Of a stretch of 64,000 nt of DNA, positions 24,820 to 37,084 are shown one piece after another. This DNA comes from Anthoceros angustus (lineage: Eukaryota > Plantae > Anthocerotophyta). Below the pieces are notes generated by a model. It was not told the DNA's origin and made no database searches. It saw nothing but the letters and a program-made list of their open reading frames with translations. The translations under genes and the position numbers were made by a program. The stretch lies in contig MU008206.1 of NCBI GenBank assembly GCA_010909165.1, positions 62,001-126,000 of the forward strand. Reading direction: 5' to 3'. Each line of letters starts with the position of its first letter. The stretch's first letter is position 1.

Positions 24820-27800
24820 CCGCATAATTGGGTCTAAGTATGGAAGGCCACGGAGTTACGGAGTCAGACACCCGTAATTTGGTTTTTAGCCACATTCTTG
24901 AAATGACCCCACTGGAAAATTGGTCCATGGTAGAAGCCATCCAAGTACTCTTCGGCTGGCGGTGGTGCTGAGATGCCGATAAGATTTGAGTGCAATGTTC
25001 ATGACATGTGATAAATGACTGCCTTTCAAATAACCCAGCACAAAACCCCATGCACCCCGCCTTCCTGCATGCAGACGGCGCGAGCGGTGGTCAATGACAC
25101 ACCATTTTCAGCGGTGGCCAGTATGTCTTGTTGCACTTCAAGTAATCTCTATGTTATGGCATAACGGGTGCTGCTCACCGCACGCGGATTTCCATTGCGG
25201 GACATTTCAAATGTCTAATTTAGTTTCATTCCTTTAGCCACGGCTTTGCACAACTCATATATCATATACTTTGTGAGGGAGGCAAATGCCTTCCTCGCAT
25301 GCACGCGCGAGGTGGTCAATGACACCATTTTCAGCGGTGCAGTATGTCTTGTTGCACTTCAAGTAATCTCTATGTTATGGCATAACGGGTGCCGTTTCTG
25401 CTCACGTTAGGCTTTCCATTGCGGGACATTTCAAATGTCTAATTTAGTTTCATTCCCTTTAGCCACGGCTTTGCACAACTCATATATCATATACTTTGTG
25501 AGGGAGGCAAATGCCTTCCTCGAATCGGTGTGAAAGCAAAAAGGTGACCGCAATAACGATTCTGCAGAGCTCGGCATGGTTGCGCCATCGCTAGCACCCA
25601 CAACAAATCTACAATGCAAACCAACTTCTTGTTCCATATCCGCAGTTTGATTGCTTGCATTTCCTTCAAAACCTTCTCCAAGTCGAGACGATAACACATA
25701 CTGGCTGGAATATATTGGTCCCTATTGCTCCACAAGGCCACAAGTCGTGCTTCCCACCGTATTCTTCCATGTCCAACCGGATTTCAAGTCATCCTTTTCT
25801 CCTTAGAGTGTGCCGATAGTCTCCGCATTGTTTCTTTCAACGTGCATCACATCCTTCTCGTGCCACTCGCATATCCTCCAATATGGTAAATATTTGAACC
25901 ACAGAGATAAAGCGACGTGCCGAACAACCTCGCCTCCTCAACCCTCGATGTTGCTTTCTCCCTACGTTCCATGTCGGAGATGACCGCATAATTGGGTCGG
26001 AAGTATGGAAGGCGTCGATTCTGGACGACAGACCACCCGGTTGCACTGGACTGGTTTCTTCGCCACGTTGTTGAAATGACCTGCACCAGGGAAAATTGGT
26101 CCATGGTAGAAGCCATCCAGTACTCTTCGTTGGCGGTGGTGCGGAGATCTGCCGATAAGATTTGAGTGCAATGTTCATGACATGTGATAAATGAGCTGCC
26201 TTTCAAATAACCCAGCACAAAACCCCATGCACCCCGCCTTCCTGCATGCAGACGGCGCGAGCGGTGGTCAATGACACACCATTTTCAGCGGTGGCCAGTA
26301 TGTCTTGTTGCACTTCAAGTAATCTCTATGTTATGGCATAACGGGTGCCGTTCGTTACAGCCCTGCACGTTACAGTTTCCATTGCGGGACATTTCTGAAA
26401 TGTCTAATTTAGTTTCATTCCCTTTAGCCACGGCTTTGCACAACTCATATATCATATACTTTGTGAGGGAGGCAAATGCCTTCCCCTGAATCGGTGTGAA
26501 AGCAAAAAAGGTGACCGGCAACAACGGTCTGCAAGCTCGGCATGGTTGCAGTCATCGCCAAGCACCCACAACAAATCTACAATCTGCAAACCAACTTCTT
26601 GTTCCATATCCGGTGGGTAGTTTGATTGCTTGCATTTCCTTCAAAACCTTCTCCAAGTCAGGAGACGATAACACATACGGCGCTGGAATATACTGGTCCC
26701 TATTGCTCCACAAGGCCACAAGTCGTGCTTCCCACCGTATTCTTCCATGTCCAACCGGATTTCAAGTCATCCTTTTCTCCTTAGAGTGTGCCGATAGTCT
26801 CCGCATTGTTTCTTTCAACGTGCATCACATCCTTCTCGTGCCACTCGCATATCCTCCAATATGGTAAATATTTGAACCACAGAGACAAGCGACGGTGCCG
26901 AACAACCTCGCCTCCTCAACCCTCGATGTTGCTTTCTCCCTACGTTCCATGTCGGAGATGACCGCATAATTGGGTCTAAGTATGGAAGGCGATTTGAGTT
27001 ACGGACGACAGACCACCCGGCTAATGGATCGGTTTCTTCGCCACGTTGTTGAAATGACCGCACTGTGAAAATTGGTCCATGGTAGAAGCCATCCAAGACT
27101 TTTCGTGGCGGTGGTGCGGAGATCCGCCGATAAGATTTGAGTGCAATGTTCATGACATGTGATAAATGAGCTGCCTTTCAAATAACCCAAAGACAAAACC
27201 CCATGCACCCCGCCTTCCTCGCATGCAGCAGTGAAGTGGTCAATGACACACCATTTTCAGCGGTGGCGTATGTCTTGTTGCACTTCAAGTAATCTCTATG
27301 TTATGGCATAACGGGTGCCGTTCATGACCGCACGTTATAGCTTCCATTAGGACATTTCAAATGTCTAATTTAGTTTCATTCCTTTAGCCACGGCTTTGCA
27401 CAACTCATATATCATATACTTTGTGAGGGAGGCAAATGCCTTCCCACGAATCGGTGTGAAAGCAAAAAGGTGACCGCAATAACGGTTCCAGAGCTCGGCA
27501 TGGTTGCGCCATCGCCAAGCACCTACAACAAATCTACAATGCAAACCAACTTCTTGTTCCATATCCGCAGTTTGATTGCTTGCATTTCCTTCAAAACCTT
27601 CTCCAAGTCGAGACGATAACACATAATGGCTACTGGAATATCGGTCCCTATTGCTCCACAAGGCCACAAGTCGTGCTTCCCACCGTATTCTTCCATGTCC
27701 AACCGGATTTCAAGTCATCCTTTTCTCCTGTTAGAGTGTGCCGATAGTCTCCGCATTGTTTCTTTCAACGTGCATCACATCCTTCCGTGCCCACCTCGGC

Positions 27801-29100
27801 ATATCCCTCCAATATGGTAAATATTGGAACCACAGAGACAAGCGACGAGTGCCGAACAACCCTCGCTCCCTCAGCTGCCTCGATGTTGCTTTCTCCCTAC
27901 GTTCCATGTCGGAAATGACAGTGGCATAAGTTGGTGCATGTGGCCGTGAGCGCCTTTCCACGTCACCGTTGTACATATTCGAATGAAGGCGGCGCATGGG
28001 GTGGTTGGTGGCAGCCATCGGGTACTTTATATACCTCCTTTGAAGGTTCGCCCATCGGGATCCTAATGCATCCCAACATTCCATACATGCCGCGACCCTT
28101 TCACCAAACCCCGACAATGTTCCTAAGCCCGGGTAATCGCCTATCGTGGTGCAAATAGCCGACGCAATCGGAATTTCCGCTGGCTGCCGGCCAGAGAAGT
28201 CTTCCATTGGTATCCCACCAAAGGTCACTCAACTCCCGCAATAGTGGCTCCATGTAGACATCAAAATTGGACAATGGGGCCCCGCACTATAATTGGCATT
28301 ATGATATTAACAGATCAGACTCAACCATGGTGGTAGGTTGTGCACAACCAGCAACAGCCAAATGGAATGGGATGTAGACTTATGCCCAAAAGGATTAAAC
28401 CCATCGTGGCAAGAGCAAACGAATATTTCGCGGTTCCAAGCCAAAACCGTCCAACCCATCCGTAATGTCATGTGTGTATCGCCATGATGCCCATGGAACC
28501 ATCCACGCCCGCATTGTCACGCATGAAGTCATGAGCGCACTGCCTGCAAACATACGAGTCACCCTAGACTTGAGGGAAAATGCCATAGGACTTCGGGTAC
28601 TCTCCTAGTACCATTGGTAGACCCGTGCATACATCTCGTGGATGCATTTCGCAAATAAGCATATGGTCCACGGAAAAGCAAATATTAACACAAAGCGTGA
28701 ATCTTTTCGACCTTGGGCCCAAACATATATAGGGTTTTCTTTGCCTCCGCCATGGACCGTGGCGCAGTTTCCGATGTGAAGTGAGCCCAAGAGCCTCCAA
28801 TATAGTCTATGGCAACATCGATATACCGAACTTGGATTGATAGGAGCGTATGTCGCAGTTGAGAGAAGTTTCGTGGTACCGCAATGTTCGCAACTGTGAA
28901 CAATGGTGTTTCCGCGGTCGCCGCGGTCATCGCCGGGCACTTGTTGGGGATCCCAACCGCCATGATGTCATCGATGTCCACATCATCCACACCATGTGCC
29001 CGCCCGCCATCGAAACATCCGTGGTTGTGGCGTATTGATGTCGCCGAGTGGAGGAGACATGTGTTGCTCATCGATGGATTCAAACCGCACCTTATTGCGG
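24820..29100 (-). pseudogene. CACTA Tnp2/TnpD transposase with tandemly repeated central part
   Basis: EPRNIRLLL..DGFNPFG..HNLPPW (~28430-28330) and TTIGDYPGLGTLSG..ACMEC..HPMR..LPYW..DVMHVERN (27731-28228). A ~0.96-kb unit recurs, with marker sequence at 25819, 26797 and 27747. Confidence 0.9.
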
Positions 29101-31497
29101 CGGAATGTCGGCATGCCCACGCCTCATCCTCGTGAATGGGCGAGGACGCAAATTCACGCTACCGCATTGAAAGCCCGAAAAATAAATGAGATGCATAACC
29201 TTAAACAAGTCACGAATCAAGTAGGGAGAACATGCTTGCATATTCCACACTCACCGCTCACGATACCAACGACGGATAGTTTCCTCACAATGTTGCCGTG
29301 AAATGTGTGCGGGGATGGGTGTTGCTATGTTCTCGCAGCTGGCATGGACATAGCATGTGCGCCGTCAAGTCCGGATTCCAGATACGCATTGCAACCGATG
29401 GTTCAAACTCAAAATACCCCACCCAAGAATGTTAATCGCGCCGTCGCCATAGAAAGTCGCATTGAGGGCACCGCCACTTTCCCGATGACGACATGCCGGT
29501 ATCGTGCTCGCTGATGAGAAGGATGGGACGCCAACAACGCACTCGCTTCCACGTCGTATTCTCATGGGCGGCATCTATCACACAAAATGTGGATGTTCAC
29601 AATAGCGACTTCAAATGCCTGCACTGGGCCAACGCCACCAGCCTCTCTCACATACCACGCACACCACCCCTGTGTCGATGCCAACCAGCAATGTATTTAA
29701 CCTTGTTATATTGTTATATTGTCGGCGAAGAGCTAACATTGGATGGCATCACCGGGCTTGAGGAGATGGTCCAACGCCAATGCCCGTGGTACGAGGCATT
29801 GGTAGACGCATTTGCCAACACCGTATAGTCGGCGATATCTTTTCCGCTGGCCCATCGGAAGGCAACAACGCCAAGTTCTATCTATTCATATGCGCCAAGA
29901 TGTGCATGCATCGAGAAGAGTTTTCCATGCATCAAGACATGGAGCTCCCAACAAAGACAACGGCCACAATGTGGCGGAGAAGGCCGCAACTCCATTTGAA
30001 GCGAAGCATTCCAGCTGCCGCCGACGCATTGCAAGCCCGCACCAGCCGCTTGCCGAAGACGCTGCAAGTGGCGATGTATCCTAGGTGTTTATTTCGAGTA
30101 GGGCACACGCAAGCAACATGCCATGACGACCGACAACAAGTGCCGAGGAATCGGATGTGATGTCCCGGAGTTTTGTAGCACTTCCACAAAGGGTGTGTGT
30201 AAGTTGTTGTTGAATTGAAGTAAAGGTGGAAAGCATTGCCTTCCCAAAGTTCACCAAGATTAAAGCGTGTTTGTCACCGAGGTTGACTCCCATTCTATTT
30301 GCCGACACTTGCTTGCATATGCGCACGCTTTACCTGCACATTTCTAACCACCGGACCGCCATGGATGGCACACCCGAAACAGAGCCTTACTACATGCCCG
30401 AACTGTCTCAATTACAGACACCCAACACATGGAGCAGCTGGTATCATTGGCAATGGCGGACCCGCCCATAGAGTACCGCGAAGGCATAAGGCGTGCACGA
30501 CGGCGCAGTTGTGGTGACAGTGCACCATCGGGTTCTGAGTCCGACTCTGAGCGACCAACTCCACCGCCAGAAAAACCAGATGGCACAGATGTGCTGCCGT
30601 CTCCAATTTGGAGTGCAGCCGGTGGTGGAAGGCGATGAGAAGGTGCGGTGGGCGCACTGACCGGCGATGTGCACACCCATATGTGTGGGGAGGGGAGAGG
30701 GTAGGTGGGTGCTCCAAGTCATGGAGGCAGTAGGTTGCCGGAAATGCATCATCGGTTTGTCACAAGAAGAGCAAGTTTGAGGATGATGGGCCGCTGTCGC
30801 GGCCGCGCCCGAAGACGTCAACGGGAAAGTTTGGGAGCTTGCAAAAAGGTTGGGTCTTGGGTTCCTAGGTCGAGCAAAGGAGCTCGCAATATTCGTGCAC
30901 TGCTTTGAGGCACTCGAGAGAATTGGCGTGAACACATCGCCGCCCTCGATTTGAGACTGCAAGGGAGAAATTGTATTGTGACGCCATGTTGGGAGAGCAC
31001 TTGTTCACACTTCGGTGGTGCGTAAGGTGGCCCAATTTGGAGAAATTACCTCGCACCCAACAAGGCGATTGGATTGGTGGGAACTTATGGACGCCATTGC
31101 GGGAGGAGGCACATTTCACAAGTGGATGGGGAAACACATATATGTGCGCGAGAGGGGCCCTATTGGGATCAACGCTGCACCTTCCTCGTGGATCGCCCAG
31201 ATTATGCATTAAGGTCCATGCTTACCCATCCACAGATGTGGCATTGTCACTATTGTGAAGCAAAGAATTGATGGGCAAACTTCTGCTGTATCACGAGGGT
31301 TTTGTTCACTCACTGGTGGACCATTTTGCATATGCAGATTTCAAAGTGAATGACGAAGGCCATTACTACTCGAGGCGGACATGATCGCTGAGGCCTCGCT
31401 CACCGGGCCGGAGGACGACTTCATGCCTTGTTGGCGGGCGATCACATGGGTACCTATTCAATAAGGAGCCATGGAGCCAAAGGAGTGGAGGTATATG

Positions 31498-33050
31498 AAG
31501 GCGAGTTCTTTATGCACAAGAGCTCAATGAAGATAGGAGTTTGACAAGGAAGGTGAGTGTGCCTGCCCCTACCTGTTGTTGATGTGCAGCATTTGGTATG
31601 GCTGCAGAGCATGACGGTTTTGCGAAAGCCTGACGGCTCCACAGAATGTGGTTTGCCTTTGTTCGTCTTATCCACATTTCCAAGGATTCCCCAATCCACC
31701 ATTGGAAGCACGACGTGTGGGAGAGCGATGTTGTATGCAGGCAATGGGCAATCTTGTGGCGACGCCATTCTGAGGTCTCAAGCTCACATAGCTGTGGGTT
31801 TTGTATCCATCTTCATACCTCACAACAACAGAATCGAGTCGCTTACACCTTTTAAGAACAACAACGCAATGTATTCGTGACAATCGAATGAGTATCCTTA
31901 TCCACCATACCGCACATCCGCATAGCCGCAGCCTTTGTCAGATCCGACCGTCTGCTGGGGTACATTGTCCATCTCGTATGGGTGGGATCGCACGTACATC
32001 CCACTTCCAAAAATACGGTTGTACTAGGAACAACATCACCATGTCACGGTTTTCCACAAGGCACGCCACGGGCCCGGATACCCACTACAAGACAAAACAG
32101 CCAAACGCCACAGGGAGAACCCGCCCACCCGGTGCGAGATGAGTGGAACGCCCAAGTGGATGTGGCGTGAGGTTTCCAAAGATATTTTAAGGGAAGGTGC
32201 ATGAAAAAGCGAGCATGACAAGAGGCTGCGGACCACACGTGGGAGGGCTTGATGAACATAATTACAAGGCGAGTTCTTTATGCACAAGAGCTCAATGAAG
32301 ATAGGAGTTTGACAAGGTGAGTGTGCTCGCTGTTGTTGATGTGCAAGATTTGGTATGGCCGCAAACCATGACGCGAAAAGAGTGACGGCTCCACGTAAAA
32401 TGTGGTTTGCCTTTGTTTTATCCACACATTTCCAAGGATTCCCACCACGTTTACCAAGCACGACGTGTGGGAGAGCGATGTTGTATGCAGGCAGTGGGCA
32501 ATCTTGTGGCGACGCCATTCTGAGGTCTCAAGCTCACATAGCTGTGGGTTTTGTATCCATCTTCATACCTCAGCACAGTGTAACTGGAGTCGCTTACACC
32601 TTTTAAGAACAACAACGTACTCGGCGTGACAATCGAAGTGTTGAGCATGTTATCCACAGCATACTGCAACAGACATCCGGCACAGTCAGCAGCCTTACCG
32701 TATGTCTGACCGTCTGCGCGGGTACATTGTCAATGTCGTATGGGTGGGATCGTACGTACATCCCACTTCCAAAAAAAAAGTTGTACTCGACCGGAACAAC
32801 ATCACCATGTCGCTGTTTTCCACAAGGCACGTCACGGGCCCGGGATACCCACTACAAGACAAAACAGGCCAAACGTAGCCGCGTGTGGAGAACCCGCCCA
32901 CCCGGGTGCGAGGATGAGTGGAACGCCCCAAGTGGATGTGGCGTGAGGTTTCCAGTATTTTAACCGGAAGGTGCATAAAAAAAGCGAGCATGACGAGAGG
33001 CCAAGCGGACCACACGTGGGAGGGCTTCGATGAACATAATTACAAGGCGG
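31498..33050. repeat. Direct tandem duplication (~0.78 kb unit) in the CACTA 5' region
   Basis: 31498-32265 is repeated at 32266-33050. Junction microhomology AAGGCG(A)GTTC. Confidence 0.88.
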
Positions 33051-34109
33051 TTCACGGGCCCGATCGACAATGGAACTAGAACTGGGGACCCGGGCTCCGG
33101 TGTACAAGTAGGGAAACTATTTTTTAATAGAGATAAGGGAGAAAGAGGGGTCGGCCCGGTTGGAGGGAAGCAAGCTGCACCCATTCAAGTAGAGAGAAGA
33201 GTAATAGACAATGTAACAAACTCAGGCTTGTGTGACTGAGTCTCTCCCATACCAGCCGTTGTAACGTTTTTGATCACCATAACAAGATGTACAACAAAAA
33301 AACGTTACATAGCCAGCAGGTTCCTAGTAGTGAGAGGGAGCGTTAGAGGGCGCCTTGCTTGTTTAGAAGGCTGGGGTAGTGTGTAGCTGGAGGCAGTTAT
33401 TGATTTCTCAAGATCCGACCGTTCCACAAGTCTCATGGGACGAAATCCAACGTACAAAACGACAGTGGGATAAGTGTGGCCACTAGAGGGTGCATCTCGG
33501 AAGCCCCGGGATCTGCCTCCCACAACAGTATCTTCGTGGGCGCCACGGCAGGGAGGCGATGGCTATTGGTGATGTGGGAAGGACAAACCGCATGCTGGTA
33601 TGCTACAAAGTAGGGGTATAAAGGGCCGTCGACATTTACACAAATAGTATATACAAAGTATCGTATCATGAATATGTACAGACCAGTGTACGTACGTAAC
33701 ACATGTGATATACAAACTTCTTTTATATGAAATTGAATACGGTCGTATAGCACTTAAAATAATATAGTACATTTATCACCGTAGATGATATGCGTATAGT
33801 ATGAAGGATGTATTGATACAGATATTTATATGTGGTTGTATTGATGGGCGTATCAGTGGTAACTACCAAGTAAAACGTGGTATTCCATTGGGCAAAAGTA
33901 AAAGGGCAATAGTGGATGGGGAGGAGGTTCGGTACCAAGCCTACAAAAGTGTTATAAGACCTCTCTTGTAACACTTTAGATGTTGCAATCATGTTGCAAT
34001 CGTGAGAGAGGGCAAAAGCACCTCTCACTTCATCTCAACATAATTGCAACACCATTGCAACATGATTGCAATAACAGCCGTGGTCTGGTTTCCAAGCCAA
34101 AGTGTAACA

Positions 34110-35220
34110 AGGGGCGCAGCGAGTTCTTATGTCCACAATAATCCTCAACCCAAAACACGTTCCGGATATGGATGTGTTTTTGCAGCCCCTCATCAAAGAA
34201 TTGCGTGATTTGTGGATAGGTATACCCTGTGAGGACTTCTCCAAGCCCAAGAATGACCCAGGCTGTTTCTTCACACTCCGTGTTGCTATACTCTTTACGA
34301 TGTGCAATTATCTAGGCATGGGTAATTTGCTGGGCTTGCAAGTACGGGGGCATGCTGCGTGTGTGGATTGCAACATAGGGTTGGAGGCTAGGTGGTCTGT
34401 GGAGTTGGAGAAGATGGTATACCCAGGCAGTCGGAGGTGGTGCAACTACCCCAGACAACCTCCGCTGCCACATGCTGGCAGATGCATTTGACAACTGCAT
34501 TGAAACAAGGCCCCAGTTCCTCGCACCGTTAACGGTGTTCTGGCGGAGATGGACTGTTGGCGAGAAGCAGATTCTAGGACTAAGAAGGACACCAGGGTTT
34601 GGGGTGTCACTCGAGACTCACTTCTGATCCGGAGTTTACCATACTTTAGGCATATTCCCAAAATATGAGTCAAAGACGTTATGTATGTAGAGGTGAACAA
34701 TGCCAAGGCATTTTGGGGAGTTATTACGGGAAGATTGATATGCCTGCGACGCATTTTGATATGGAAGATACTGATTCGAAGCCTTGGCTATGGCCCATTG
34801 AGGTTGACGACGTACTGCACATGCCAGATGCAAACTATGTCTTGCCGGCTGATGATTTGGTCGCTGTGAAGTCAGAGATATGCGCAATGAAGCCTCCAAC
34901 TGGATTTGGGGCTAACATTGCTGCTTGTTTCAAAGGCCCTAAGGTAACCGGGCTGAAGAGCCACGATTGGCATTTGTTTATGCAATATTAGTTGCCGATG
35001 GCTTTACGGGACGGCCGATAATATCGCACAAGGCCTTCAGACAAATGGCTACCTACCTTGATATGTGGTAAGGAGATTGATATCTCTGAGGTACCTGCGA
35101 TGAAGGAGGAAGTTGTGGATATCATGGTGCAATTGGAAATGCATATGCCGTCAATGTTCTGGAATTCAATGGAGCATTTGATTATCCACCTAATCGAAGA
35201 GGTGGAGACGCATGAGACGG
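34110..35220 (+). pseudogene. CACTA Tnp2 transposase fragment (third copy, different subfamily)
   Basis: MDVFLQPLIKELRDLW..LRVAILFTMCNY..GHAACVDC..KMVYPGSRRW, DVMYVEVN, KPPTGFGANI..GLKSHDWHLFMQY, LEMHMPSMFWNSMEHLIIHL. Confidence 0.92.
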
Positions 35221-35229
35221 TACAAATAC

Positions 35230-35590
35230 CATAAACCTTCAAGGGGGGGAATATACAAACCCTCTTTCGGTTGCTCTTGGACCTTCTTGACAAAGATCAC
35301 ACCTTTCCTGAAACTATGTTTTTTGAACGTTTGTGACGTGGGTCCACCTTTGTCCATTGGAACCCAAGTTGGAAACAACGTTATACTCTATTCCATGTGT
35401 GCAAGTAACTATCAGGCGCCGGCTGGCCGACGTTAGTTGGAACCTCGTCAAAGCAATGGTCCAGAGTATAGATAGGTAAATCAATATTTCCATCACTTCG
35501 AGACGTTTTTGAACTGCTAAGTATGCGAGTGGCCAACTGCCAACTATATACTTCTATCCGACCACATAGCCTGTAGTTTAAAACCATCAG
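35230..35590 (-). pseudogene. Highly degenerate Copia RT fragment
   Basis: YSWQL.., THGIEYN, W..VQKT*F..DL..E..GFV resemble Copia RT N-terminal motifs. Confidence 0.4.
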
Positions 35591-37084
35591 ACGAAATAGA
35601 AGACGTCTAGAATGGATCGTCGGGAGGGCTAATCTGCGACTCGTCTACTGCCTGTGCTGTCAAGAGTCTAAGTACACTGCACATCTCAAATCTACCTCAA
35701 CTGCATATGGTTTGTCTTGCCCCGTCTGCCTTAAGAGTGAGGGCGGGAGGGAAGCGAGTCAGTTGCTGTTGTTGCTCCTGCTAGCCATGGCCTAGCTATG
35801 GCCTTGCTACTGCTGCTACTGCTCGCTCTTGCTGTGTTTGCGGCCTACGCAGAACCAGGTGGGGATCAGCCGGGAGTGCCCATCTTCATGCGGGGCTGCA
35901 GGGAAGGAGGGAAAATCTGTCCTCCGAACGCAGAGTGAGCCCTGCACCCACGAACCTAGACATAGGCAAATAATAATACATCTAGGTTTTTCTTACAAAT
36001 AAATCCCGAGATCTTAATGCTCCAACTAAAATAGAATATAGTGGATTGGTCAAGGCATATTTCTTAGAACTAGGAAATTTAGAGTTTGATCTCGGTCTAC
36101 TCTAATAGTGAATTTAATGTTCGGCATTAATGGCCCAATTGATAAAGTAATTTACACCTTAATATAATATATAATATATAATAAAATATTATAAAATATA
36201 ACATAATATTATGGAATACATATAGAAGTACTTGGTTAGGGGCAAGGGATAGAAGTTGCGTTAGAGTGCTTGGATAAGACAAGGGCTAGAAGTTATGCTG
36301 GTGGCTAGAATGAATTAGTAATGTATACCTTAATATAAAATAAAATAATTAATATAATAATATTATATATATTATATTATATATTAATCTATATATATGT
36401 ATCCCCTATATTTATCTACGTATAATTATACACATATCCTATACTTTATCATGGATATAAGTGCACAATGTAAGGGTGCATATTTATTATCATTGTAGGA
36501 CTGGTTGAAACAAAAAAAGTTAGTCTTCAACTCATGAATAGCTATGGTCAAGTAAAAACATTGATAAAATAATGGTGAAGTTATGAGGTGGGAGGAAAAT
36601 GTGAGAATTGCTGGTCCATGTTACAGTGGTGTGGGCGACATAAACAAATAGTTGTCAAGAGAGGGTGTAATGACGAAGACAAGGTGAAACATAAACAAAT
36701 AGTTCTCCAAAGGGGTGTAATAAAGTGGGGAGGATGATAGGGGAGAGAAAGGGGGCACCTTGCTATATTTACGTTGCAATTGCATGTGAGAAAAATTGAA
36801 CAATGCTTGTGATAGAGGGGTGTAATTATGAAGGCACTTGCTGCTGCTTCGTTACTGGCTGCATAGTAAGAGACGTTATTAAGAGTACAATTTCAGTCGC
36901 AGGTTTCCCCAGAAGGTTACTTATCAGCCCACCAAAGTTGGCTTATTTCCAAACTCCTGCAGTACGCGGCAGCAGCTCTAACGCCAGAGTGTGCGCTGTA
37001 ATTCAAAGAAACCAACCTAGTTGAATCTAATAGTTGAAAACGGTTCTCGGAGCTACAATTGGGGATGAAATTGATAGAGGTCGC

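Larger units (their letters stand above)
21962..33332 (-). mobile_element. Full-length CACTA (En/Spm) DNA transposon, 11.4 kb
   Basis: Termini CACTACTAAAAACC / GGTTCCTAGTAGTG with ~35-bp imperfect TIRs. 3-bp TSD AGA at 21959-61 and 33333-35. The empty site is in repeat A copy 1 (~7034-7049). Confidence 0.96.
20979..33524 (+). repeat. LTR-like repeat A, copy 2 (20979-21961 + 33333-33524), split by the CACTA insertion
   Basis: Inverted copy of 6857-7968. TATA CTATAAAAG at ~21225. Ends GCCTCCCACA at 33524. Confidence 0.85.

Noticed and set aside
6857-33524. DIRS, Penelope or Polinton element explaining the inverted repeats
   Set aside because: No tyrosine recombinase, RT, GIY-YIG, pPolB or integrase motifs were seen inside module B.
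33525-33560. Primer-binding site after repeat A (TGGGCGCCACGGCAGGGA)
   Set aside because: It is 12 bp from the terminal CA, only loosely tRNA-like, and no gag follows.
35950-36800. AT-rich stretch as a possible MITE or Helitron
   Set aside because: No TIR/TSD pair or 3' hairpin-CTRR terminus could be supported.
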